From Burkholderiales bacterium (lineage in GTDB: Bacteria; Pseudomonadota; Gammaproteobacteria; Burkholderiales; SG8-39), in NCBI GenBank assembly GCA_020845995.1, contig JADLES010000089.1, positions 320 through 64,319 on the forward strand: DNA of 64,000 nucleotides, in the 5' to 3' direction. The position numbers and the translations under genes were made by a program. This document shows positions 1 through 11,240 of the stretch, one piece after another. Each line of letters begins with the position of its first letter. The first letter of the stretch is position 1. The notes beneath the pieces were generated by a model. The model worked only from the letters and a program-made list of their open reading frames with translations. It made no database searches and was not told the DNA's origin.

Positions 1-19
1 CCGGTCAACGACCCACAAT

Positions 20-39
20 ACCTGGACGTTTATACAGTA
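20..39 (+). promoter_or_regulatory. Putative LexA (SOS) box upstream of recA
   Basis: Sequence ACCTGGACGTTTATACAGTA. Core CTGG-N8-ACAG at 22-37 is one mismatch from the CTGT-N8-ACAG LexA consensus of beta/gamma-proteobacteria. It lies about 70 nt upstream of the recA ATG. Confidence 0.6.
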
Positions 40-106
40 TCCGGTGTTGGCCCAGCGCAAGCTGCCGCAGATGCCAACCTGAAAAGAGGGTCGGGAGCAA
101 TCCAAT

Positions 107-1160
<1,054 letters not shown>

Positions 1161-1168
<8 letters not shown>

Positions 1169-1607
1169 GCGCGACAGCGAGCAGGAACTCCGGGCGCGGG
1201 CGCTGCGGCTGCTCGCGCGCCGGGAGCACTCCCGCCAGGAGCTGGAGCGAAAGCTGTCGCCGCACGCTGGTTCCTCGGACGCCTTGAGAAATCTGGTTTC
1301 AAGCCTGGCGGAGAAAAATCAACTGTCGGAGGCGCGCTTCGCCGAAGAACGCGCCCGCTGGCTCTCCCGCAAATACGGCGCGGCGAAGATCCGGCAGGAC
1401 CTGAAAGCGAAAGGCGTGCCGGAGGAAATGATCGCGCGCTTTTCCTCCCCGCAGGACGAAATGCAAAAAGCACGGGAAATTCTGGAGCGCAAATACCGCT
1501 CGCCCGCGACGACGCGCGAGGAAAAGGCGAAGCGCATGCGCTTTCTGCAGGCGCGCGGATTCAGCTGCGACACGATCCGCGCCGCAGTGCGCGGCGCAGA
1601 CGAGTAG
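1161..1607 (+). CDS. recX: Recombination regulator RecX
   Basis: 148-aa ORF whose GTG start overlaps the recA stop (GTGGCTGA). Arg/Glu-rich helical repeats and the conserved position directly after recA. Confidence 0.9.
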
Positions 1608-1612
1608 GCAGG

Positions 1613-1948
1613 CTACGGTTTCTTCTTCGGTGCTTCGCCGCCCGGCGCGGGCGGCGGCGGGGACTGGCGGCGGAAGCTCTGCGGCGTGGGATCGGCGCGC
1701 CCGGAATTGCGGTACTCCTGCGCCGCTTGCTGCGGCGTGCGCTTCGGCGCCGCCGCCGGCTTCGCGACCACCGCGTCGCGGGTGTTGAGCGTGCTGTTCC
1801 CGGATCCCGAGCGATTGCCGTCGAAAGTGCGGCCGCTCTGGTTGGCCTGGTTGAGTTGGCGGCGCGCGTCGTCCTTCTTCTGCTGCGCGAGCGCAGGCGC
1901 CGCTGCGAGCAGCGCTGCGAGCGCCAGCGCGATCGTCGTTTCCCTCAT
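1613..1948 (-). CDS. Small secreted low-complexity protein (hypothetical)
   Basis: Internal ATG at 1948 is preceded by GGGAGG. Signal peptide MRETTIALALAALLAAAPALA-QQ is followed by a Gln/Asn/Pro/Ala-rich tail. The upstream 32 codons of tracked ORF 1613..2044 are not supported. Confidence 0.55.
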   Translation of the reverse strand: MRETTIALALAALLAAAPALAQQKKDDARRQLNQANQSGRTFDGNRSGSGNSTLNTRDAVVAKPAAAPKRTPQQAAQEYRNSGRADPTPQSFRRQSPPPPAPGGEAPKKKP

Positions 1949-2000
1949 GTCAACCTCCCGGACGCGGTATCGTTCTTCATCGTTGAAAGGGGGTGATTCA

Positions 2001-2330
2001 ATGAACCAATCGGAAGCGCTGGGAATTGTATGGTCGCTCGCCAACGGCGTCTACCCGGAGACGGGCGAAGTATTCCCGGCTGACAGCGCCTATCAGCGCG
2101 CGCAAACGGTGCGCGCGCTGTATGCGGCTGCAGAGGCGCTGGAGAAGGCGGAGCGCTTCGAGCGCCGCAAGCGCGAGTTGCCGGCGAAGACCGGAGAGCC
2201 GTGGACGGAGGACGAGGACCGCAGGCTGCTCGCGCCCTTGAGCGCCGATACCGCACTGCAGCGACGACGCCCGAAGAACGCGCGCGACGCATGCGGTTCC
2301 TTCAGGGCCGTGGGTTTAGCGCGGAAGTGA
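2001..2330 (+). pseudogene. Truncated paralogue of the 3619..3957 gene, reading out of frame into a recX-like relic
   Basis: ATG at 2001 after a GGGGG Shine-Dalgarno. The first 78 codons parallel 3619..3852 (MNQSEAL...PWTEDEDRRLLA). Homology stops abruptly at 2234 and the remaining 31 codons are unrelated read-through. Confidence 0.6.
2055..2234 (+). repeat. Left copy of 180-bp direct repeat (179/180 identical to 3673..3852)
   Basis: Aligned by eye. The only difference is A2132 versus C3750. Confidence 0.9.
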
Positions 2331-2380
2331 TACGGATTCTCGTCTCGCGGCGAGGGGAGCGGGACCCGGCAATCAGTTGA
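2234..2380 (+). pseudogene. Fossil 3' end of a second, diverged recX
   Basis: The frame-2 translation ALERRYRTAATTPEERARRMRFLQGRGFSAEVIRIL aligns with the resident RecX C-terminus [37 protein letters not shown]. No upstream recX body is present. Confidence 0.6.
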
Positions 2381-2438
2381 GCTATCTCAAATCTTCCCGG
2401 CTGCCGGTCCCTATCCTGCCACGAAGAGGATACGGATC

Positions 2439-3482
2439 ATGAGCGAGGAGCGGAAGACAGATTGGCCGCCCGGCGGGGATCTCGAACCCGCCCCGGTGAA
2501 GTCGAGGCCGGCGAAGCGGCGCCGGTCCGGGAGGACGGAGCGCGAGGCCGCGGCCGCCGCGGTGCTTGCGATCAGCAGGGCGCCGGGCGCGGTGCGAGTC
2601 GCGCTCGCACGCCACGGTTCGCACGAGGACAGCGCGCGCGCACCGCTGCCGGCCGATTACCCCTACCCGGCGCGCCTGCGCCGGCGCGAGTACGAGACGC
2701 TCAAGAAGGAGCTGCAGATCGAGCTGCTCAAGGTCCAGAAATGGGTCAAGCAGACCGGCCAGCGGATCGTGACCGTGTTCGAAGGCCGCGACGCCGCCGG
2801 CAAGGGCGGGACTATCAAGCGCTTCATGGAGCACCTCAACCCGCGCGGCGCGCGCATCGTCGCGCTGGACAAGCCCTCGGACGGCGAGCGAGGACAATGG
2901 TATTTCCAGCGCTACGTGCAGCACCTGCCGACGCACGGCGAGATGGTGTTCTTCGACCGCTCCTGGTACAACCGCGCCGGCGTCGAGCGCGTCATGGAGT
3001 TCTGCACGCCGGAGGAATACCAGGAGTTCCTGCGCCAGTGCCCCGACTTCGAGCGCATGCTGGTGAAGAGCGGTGTGCAGTTGATCAAATACTGGTTCTC
3101 CGTCAGCCGGCAGGAGCAGATGCGCCGTTTCATCTCGCGCCGCGACGATCCGCTCAAGCAATGGAAGCTTTCGCCGCTCGACATCCAGTCGCTCGACCGC
3201 TGGGAACAGTACAGCGAGGCGAAGCGCGACATGTTCTTTCACACCGACACCGCGGACGCGCCCTGGGTGGTGATCAAATCCGACGACAAGAAGCGCGCGC
3301 GCGTCAATTGCCTGCGTCATTTCCTGTCGTTGCTCGACTACCCCGACAAGAACAGCGAGGTCGCGGTCGCGCCGGACCCCCTGCTGGTCGCGCCGGCCGC
3401 CAGGGTCGTCGAGGAGGCCGAGCGCGTGCTGCCGCGGATTGCGCGGCAACTCGTCGCGGCGAGGCGCGAAGCGAGCCCCTGA
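2439..3482 (+). CDS. ppk2: Polyphosphate kinase 2 (PPK2 family)
   Basis: Contains FEGRDAAGKGGTIKR (Walker A-like), RYVQHLPTHGEMVFFDRSWYNRAGVERV and KYWFSVSRQEQMRRF. The roughly 85-aa Arg/Ala-rich N-terminal extension makes the true start uncertain. Confidence 0.9.
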   Translation: MSEERKTDWPPGGDLEPAPVKSRPAKRRRSGRTEREAAAAAVLAISRAPGAVRVALARHGSHEDSARAPLPADYPYPARLRRREYETLKKELQIELLKVQKWVKQTGQRIVTVFEGRDAAGKGGTIKRFMEHLNPRGARIVALDKPSDGERGQWYFQRYVQHLPTHGEMVFFDRSWYNRAGVERVMEFCTPEEYQEFLRQCPDFERMLVKSGVQLIKYWFSVSRQEQMRRFISRRDDPLKQWKLSPLDIQSLDRWEQYSEAKRDMFFHTDTADAPWVVIKSDDKKRARVNCLRHFLSLLDYPDKNSEVAVAPDPLLVAPAARVVEEAERVLPRIARQLVAARREASP

Positions 3483-3618
3483 GCCGTCCAGGGAGATCCC
3501 CCCGCGCGGGGCGCGGCGCTCTCCGTGGCCATCGCGGCGCGCGCCGGATGTCATCCGCCGCCACTGGATAAGCGTTCATCTCCTGGCCGCCCCGTGCGGC
3601 GGAGAGGGGGTGAGGGGA

Positions 3619-3957
3619 ATGAACCAGGCGGAAGCATTGAGTGTCGTGCGCTCGCTGGCCAACGGCGTGGATCCGGAGACGGGCGAAGTATTCCCGGCTG
3701 ACAGCGCCTATCAGCGCGCGCAAACGGTGCGCGCGCTGTATGCGGCTGCCGAGGCGCTGGAGAAGGCGGAGCGCTTCGAGCGCCGCAAGCGCGAGTTGCC
3801 GGCGAAGACCGGAGAGCCGTGGACGGAGGACGAGGACCGCAGGCTGCTCGCGAGCTTCGACGCGGGGCGCGGTCTGCCGGAACTGGCGGCCGCGCACGAG
3901 CGCACGCAAACCGGCGTGCGCGCGCGGTTGGTGAAGTACGGCAGGCTCGCCGCGTAG
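3619..3957 (+). CDS. Small hypothetical protein with C-terminal SANT/Myb-like helix-turn-helix motif
   Basis: ATG at 3619 after GAGGGG, 112 codons. Contains PWTEDEDRRLLASFDAGRGLPELAAAHERTQTGVRARL. This is the intact copy of the duplicated gene. The upstream 60 codons of tracked ORF 3439..3957 are rejected. Confidence 0.7.
   Translation: MNQAEALSVVRSLANGVDPETGEVFPADSAYQRAQTVRALYAAAEALEKAERFERRKRELPAKTGEPWTEDEDRRLLASFDAGRGLPELAAAHERTQTGVRARLVKYGRLAA
3673..3852 (+). repeat. Right copy of 180-bp direct repeat
   Basis: 179/180 identical to 2055..2234. Confidence 0.9.
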
Positions 3958-3962
3958 CGGGC

Positions 3963-4003
3963 ACGGGATGCTGCGGCGCCCGGGCGCCGCAGCGCCATCC
4001 CGT
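3963..4003 (+). terminator. Long GC-rich imperfect palindrome between the small gene and alaS (terminator and/or alaS operator)
   Basis: Outer arms ACGGGATG (3963-3970) / CATCCCGT (3996-4003). Inner arms CTGCGGCGCC (3971-3980) / GGCGCCGCAG (3983-3992), with a 3-nt bulge. No U-tract. Its 3' end abuts a TAGAAT -10-like hexamer at 4003-4008. Confidence 0.45.
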
Positions 4004-4017
4004 AGAATAGGCGGGTG

Positions 4018-6651
<2,634 letters not shown>

Positions 6652-6655
6652 GGCG

Positions 6656-7644
6656 CTAGAAGCCGATCCGGCTCTTGCGGCCGCCGCGCGGCAGGTCGAC
6701 GTCCTCCGGGCTGAGTTCGTCGCGCCCGGCCAGCTTGGCGTTGCCAAAAGCGGCCTGCACTGCGCGGCGCATCTCGCGCGGCGTGAGCAGCGCCAGCTTC
6801 TCGATCACGCTCGCCGAGGGCCGCTCGGGAAAACGCCTGCCCCAGTCGTGCGCTTCGCGGATCTCCCGGTACAGCGACAGCGCGATCCTCGCCGCGCCCT
6901 CGGCATCGGGCGCCGCAATCTCGTAGACGTGCATGCGGTTGAGCAGGGGCTCGGGGATGCGCGCGGCGTCGTTGGCGGTGGCGAACCAGACCGCGCCCGA
7001 GGCATCGATCGGCACCTCGGCGAACTCGTCGACGAAGCGCATCGCGGTCTGGCTCTCCAGCAGCTCGTAGAGCGCGCCCAGCGGGTCGTACTGGCCCTCG
7101 GCGCTCGCCTTGTCGATCTCGTCCACCACCATCACCGGGTTGGCGTACTCGCCGTTGAGGAAGGTCTCGAACACCTTGCCGGGCTTGGCGTTCTTCCACT
7201 GGGAGGAAGCGCCCGAGAGCACCCAGCCGGCGGTGAGCGAGCTCATCGGCACGAAGCCGAAACCCGTGGCGAGGAGCTGCGACACGCGCCGCGCGAAGTG
7301 GGTCTTGCCGATGCCGGGCCCGCCCAGCAGCAGGACCGGCTGCAGCTCGATGTCGTCGGCCGAGTCCACGCACAGCGCGAGCTGGCGGCGGATGTGCTCG
7401 AGCACCTCGCCGAAGTTGGGCAGCTCCTCGTGCAGCGCCTGCATTTCCGGCAGCCCGGAGGGCTTGACGGCGAAGCGCTGGCCGCCCAGGCGCAGCATCT
7501 TCTCGTAGAGCGCGCGCAGGGCCTCGTTGGCCGAGGGCGGCAGCTCCTGCAGGGCCTTCTCGACCGCGGCGGTGTCGTAGATGTCCTTGAAGCCGGCGAC
7601 GGGGATCGCTGGCGGCGGGACGGGAAGCGCGACGTTTGAGGGCA
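6656..7644 (-). CDS. AAA+ ATPase, Lon-like ATPase module without protease domain
   Basis: ATG at 7644 after GGAGG. Walker A GGPGIGKTH, Walker B MVVDEIDK, sensor region TANDAARIPEPLLNRM. The upstream 313 codons of tracked ORF 6656..8584 are antisense to aroG and rejected. Confidence 0.85.
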
Positions 7645-7765
7645 TGGCTACCTCCGAACGTTCTTGTTGTGAGTCATCGATCCGCGCGAAAAAAATAGCA
7701 TGGCACCCGCCGTCGAGCAAATCCGGTGTTGGACAGGCGGCGCGGATCTGTGCTTGAATAGGCCC

Positions 7766-7831
7766 ATGCGACGCTGGTTTTTCGGCTATTTCTTCACCTT
7801 CCCGCGCCCTCTGGCGGAGGGGAACGGCTAG
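7766..7831 (+). CDS. Putative aromatic-amino-acid leader peptide (MRRWFFGYFFTFPRPLAEGNG)
   Basis: 21-codon ORF 91 nt upstream of the DAHP synthase start. Seven of residues 4-12 are aromatic (1 Trp, 1 Tyr, 5 Phe). FFTFP resembles the end of E. coli PheL. A terminator/antiterminator pair follows. Confidence 0.55.
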   Translation: MRRWFFGYFFTFPRPLAEGNG

Positions 7832-7855
7832 CCGCGCTACCAGCGACCACCGACG

Positions 7856-7893
7856 AACCGCCAGAGCAGAGATGCCTGGCGGTTTTTGTTTTT
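7856..7893 (+). terminator. Attenuator: intrinsic terminator in the DAHP synthase leader
   Basis: Stem AACCGCCAG (7856-7864) / CTGGCGGTT (7876-7884), 11-nt loop, then TTTTTGTTTTT. An alternative 9-bp pairing is CTCTGGCGG (7809-7817, inside the leader ORF) with CCGCCAGAG (7858-7866). Confidence 0.6.
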
Positions 7894-7921
7894 CGGGGAC
7901 GCCCCGCAACCAGGACCTGCC

Positions 7922-9010
7922 ATGAGCACCCACATCGACGACAAGACCTCGCTGACCGACGACGAGCGCATCGAGAACATCGTGCCGCTGCCTCCGCCCG
8001 AGAACCTGATCCGCTTCTTCCCGATCCAGGGCACGACCGTGGAGCGCCTGGTGGCCGACACGCGCAAGCGCGTGCGCGAGATCGTGCGCGGCAAGTCCGA
8101 CCGGCTGCTGGTGATCATCGGGCCGTGCTCGATCCATGACCCCGCCGCCGCGATCGGCTATGCGGAAAAGCTTCTCCTCGAAAGAAAGAAGCATGAAGGC
8201 GAGCTGGAAGTCGTCATGCGCGTGTACTTCGAGAAGCCGCGCACCACGGTGGGCTGGAAGGGGCTGATCAACGACCCGTACCTGAACGGCAGCTTTCGCA
8301 TCAACGAGGGCCTGCGCATCGCCAGGGACCTGCTCGTGCGCATCAGCCGCGCCGGCGTGCCGGCGGGCTGCGAGTTCCTCGACGTCATCTCGCCGCAATA
8401 CATCGGCGACCTGGTGTCCTGGGGCGCGATCGGCGCGCGCACCACGGAATCGCAGGTGCACCGCGAGCTCGCCTCGGGGCTGTCGGCGCCGGTCGGCTTC
8501 AAGAACGGCACCGACGGCAACGTGCGCATCGCCGTGGACGCGATTCTCGCCGCCCGGCAGAAGCACCACTTCCTCTCGGTGCACAAGAGCGGGCAGGTAT
8601 CAATCGTCGAGACGCGCGGCAACGAGGACTGCCACGTCATCCTGCGCGGCGGCAAGGCACCGAACTACGACGCCGCCAGCGTCGCCGCCGCCTGCGCCGA
8701 GCTGGCGACCGCAAAGCTCGACTGCCGGCTGATGATCGATCTCTCGCACGCCAACGCGGAAAAGAATTTCAGGCGCCAACTCGATGTCGCGCGCGACGTC
8801 GGCGCGCAGATCGCCGCCGGCGCGCGCTGCATCATCGGCGCGATGGTCGAATCGCACCTCGTAGAGGGCCGGCAGGAGCTGGCGGCCGGCAAGCCGCTCG
8901 CCTTCGGCCAGAGCATCACCGATCCCTGCCTGGGCTGGGAGGACTCGGTGACGCTGCTCGGCGTGCTGGCCGACGCGGTCAAGGCGCGCCGGAAGAAGGG
9001 CAAACGCTGA
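7922..9010 (+). CDS. aroG: 3-deoxy-7-phosphoheptulonate (DAHP) synthase, class I
   Basis: Contains [50 protein letters not shown] and the GFKNGTDG motifs. ATG at 7922. The isozyme (Phe, Tyr or Trp sensitive) is not determinable; the symbol is a best guess from the Phe-rich leader. Confidence 0.95.
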   Translation: MSTHIDDKTSLTDDERIENIVPLPPPENLIRFFPIQGTTVERLVADTRKRVREIVRGKSDRLLVIIGPCSIHDPAAAIGYAEKLLLERKKHEGELEVVMRVYFEKPRTTVGWKGLINDPYLNGSFRINEGLRIARDLLVRISRAGVPAGCEFLDVISPQYIGDLVSWGAIGARTTESQVHRELASGLSAPVGFKNGTDGNVRIAVDAILAARQKHHFLSVHKSGQVSIVETRGNEDCHVILRGGKAPNYDAASVAAACAELATAKLDCRLMIDLSHANAEKNFRRQLDVARDVGAQIAAGARCIIGAMVESHLVEGRQELAAGKPLAFGQSITDPCLGWEDSVTLLGVLADAVKARRKKGKR

Positions 9011-9039
9011 GCGCGCCCTTCGAGACGCTGGCGCTGGCG

Positions 9040-9744
9040 ATGATGATCGTCGCCGGCGCGTACTTCGTGTTCGGCCTCACCGGCTTCGGCTCGACGGTGA
9101 TCGCGCTGCCGCTGCTGGTGCATTTCTTTCCGCTCAAGTTCGCGGTGTCCCTGCTGATGCTGCTCGACCTGGCGGTGCTGGCGCTGTTCGGCGCGCGCCT
9201 GCGGCGCGGCCTGCGGCTGGACGAAATCGGCTGGCTGCTGCCGTCCATGCTGGCCGGCATGGCGGTGGGGCTCACGCTGCTGATCACGGCGCCCGAGCGG
9301 CCGCTGCTCGCCGTGCTGGGCCTGTTCCTGCTCTGCTACGCGGCCTGGGGCCTCGCGCGGCCGGCGGGCCCGCCGCGGCTCGCGCGGGGCTGGTGCGTGC
9401 CGGTCGGCCTTGCCGGCGGCGCATTCTCCGCGCTGTTCGGCACGGGCGGCGTGCTGTTCGCGGTCTACAACGCCGGCCGCCTGAGGGACGCCGCCGAACT
9501 GCGCGCCAACAACGCGGCCATGATCCTGCTGTCCTCGTCGCTGCGCCTGGTGCTGTTCGGCGCGGTCGGCCTGCTCGCGCAGGACGGACTGCTCACGACC
9601 GCGCTCGCGCTCGCGCCCGCGCTCGCGCTCGGCTTCTGGCTCGGCGGGCGCGCCAACGCGGCGGTGTCCGCGGCCGCGGTGGTGAAAGCGGTGTACGCTT
9701 TACTGGTGATCGCGGGCCTGACGCTACTCGCGCGCTCCCTTTGA
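9040..9744 (+). CDS. TauE/SafE (DUF81) family membrane transporter
   Basis: 234 aa and polytopic. GLTGFGSTVIALPLL and a repeated half (GLAGGAFSALFGTGG) are typical of the sulfite-exporter TauE/SafE family. Confidence 0.8.
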   Translation: MMIVAGAYFVFGLTGFGSTVIALPLLVHFFPLKFAVSLLMLLDLAVLALFGARLRRGLRLDEIGWLLPSMLAGMAVGLTLLITAPERPLLAVLGLFLLCYAAWGLARPAGPPRLARGWCVPVGLAGGAFSALFGTGGVLFAVYNAGRLRDAAELRANNAAMILLSSSLRLVLFGAVGLLAQDGLLTTALALAPALALGFWLGGRANAAVSAAAVVKAVYALLVIAGLTLLARSL

Positions 9745-9752
9745 CGGCGCCC

Positions 9753-11240
9753 ATGTCCAGGCGCTGGCTGCCGCTCGCGCTCGCCGCGACGCTCGCATAC
9801 CGGCTCTGGTTGGCGGCCGTCGCGCCGGTCACCGCGGACGAGGCCTATTTCATCCTCTGGGGCCGCGCGCCGGCGCTGGGATACTACGACCACCCGCCGC
9901 TGGTGGGCTGGCTGCTCGCGCCGCTCGCGGCGTTGACGGACTCCGCCTGGGCGCTGCGCCTGCCGGCGGTGCTCGCGCCTGTGCTGGCCGCGCTGATGGT
10001 GCGCGCCGCGCTGCGCCGCTGGTTCGGGCGCGACCGGGAGACCGCCGACCTCGCCGCGCTCGCCGTGCTGCTCGCCCCAGCGAGCGCATGGAGCGTGCTG
10101 ATCACCACCGACGCGCCACTGGCGGTGTTCTCGCTCGCGTCGCTGCTCGTCTTCGCGCGCGCGGCGCAGGCGGGCCGGGGGCGCCTGTTCCTCGCCGCCG
10201 GCGCGCTGCTCGGGCTCGCGTTCCTGTCGAAGTACCTGGCCGTGCTGCTGGGCCTCGCCTATCTCGCCTGGGCGCTGCTCTCGCGCAGGCCAGCGGCGGC
10301 GCTGCTCGTGTTCCTGGGCGCCCTGCCGTTCGGCCTGCTGAACCTGTACTGGAATTACGAGGCCTGCTGGTGCAACGTGATGTTCAACGCGATCAATCGC
10401 CACGACGGGGAGGACAGCGGCTGGTCGCTCGCCACCCCGGCGCTCTACGCCGTCTCGCTCGCTTACCTGGCCGCGCCGCTGCTGTGGTTCGCCTGGCGCG
10501 GGCGCGGGCGGCTGCGCGAAGCCTGGCGGCGGCCCGCCGAGCGCGCGCTGCTGCTCGCCTGGCTGCTGCCGCTCGCGGCCTTCGCCGCGTTGAGCCCGGT
10601 CAGGCGCATTGGGCTGCACTGGCTGCTCGCGTTCCTGCCGGCGCTCGCGCTGAGCGTCGCGCTCGCGCTGCAGCGCGATGCGTTGCGCTGGAGCGTGCGC
10701 GCTTTCGGCCTGCTCGCCGTGCTGCAAGCGGCGGTGATCATCGGCGTGCTCGCCGCGCCGATCGATGCCTGGCAGTCCAGCCGCTTCTACTCGCGGCTGG
10801 CGTTTCCGGGCCGCGTGCCGGAGCTTGCGGCGGTGATCGCGCCGGACCGGCCGGGCAAGGCGCTGGCGACCGACAGTTATGCATCGGCGGCGCTGCTCGA
10901 ATACCATTGGCGAGAGCCGGTGGCGGTGTTCGGCAGGGGCACCTCGCACGCGCGCCAGGACGACATCGACACCGACTGGCGCGCGCTCGCGGGCCGGGAC
11001 CTGCTGATCCTGCGGCGCGATGCCCCGCTCGCCCGGGACTACGCGCCGTACTTCCGCGAGATCCGGGTCCATCGCTATGCGCTCGGCGGGCGCGACTTCC
11101 ATGCCGTGAGCGGCTTCGGCTTCGACTACGAGGCCTACCGCAAAGGAGTGCTCGCCGACATCCGCGCGCGCTTCTATGCGATACCGGCGGCCCTGCCGGT
11201 GGGGACTTGCTACTTTTTGGAGCGCTACTTTCCCGGATGA
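9753..11240 (+). CDS. GT-C fold glycosyltransferase (family 39 / ArnT-PMT_2-like), polytopic membrane protein
   Basis: ATG at 9753, 495 aa. N-terminal motif TADEAYFILWGRAPALGYYDHPPLVGWL is the DE...YxDxPP signature of ArnT/PMT-type enzymes. About 10 or more hydrophobic segments plus a soluble C-terminal domain. Confidence 0.85.
   Translation: MSRRWLPLALAATLAYRLWLAAVAPVTADEAYFILWGRAPALGYYDHPPLVGWLLAPLAALTDSAWALRLPAVLAPVLAALMVRAALRRWFGRDRETADLAALAVLLAPASAWSVLITTDAPLAVFSLASLLVFARAAQAGRGRLFLAAGALLGLAFLSKYLAVLLGLAYLAWALLSRRPAAALLVFLGALPFGLLNLYWNYEACWCNVMFNAINRHDGEDSGWSLATPALYAVSLAYLAAPLLWFAWRGRGRLREAWRRPAERALLLAWLLPLAAFAALSPVRRIGLHWLLAFLPALALSVALALQRDALRWSVRAFGLLAVLQAAVIIGVLAAPIDAWQSSRFYSRLAFPGRVPELAAVIAPDRPGKALATDSYASAALLEYHWREPVAVFGRGTSHARQDDIDTDWRALAGRDLLILRRDAPLARDYAPYFREIRVHRYALGGRDFHAVSGFGFDYEAYRKGVLADIRARFYAIPAALPVGTCYFLERYFPG

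Noticed and set aside
1686-2000. N-terminal 105 codons of tracked ORF 1686..2330
   Set aside because: This part is antisense to the secreted-protein gene (1613..1948). Homology to the paralogue at 3619 starts only at the internal ATG at 2001, which has its own Shine-Dalgarno.
2439-2690. The Arg/Ala-rich ~85-aa N-terminal extension of PPK2 considered as a separate feature or targeting signal
   Set aside because: It has no recognisable signal or domain. It may simply reflect an over-extended start call, since an alternative GTG lies around 2590. The gene call itself is unaffected.
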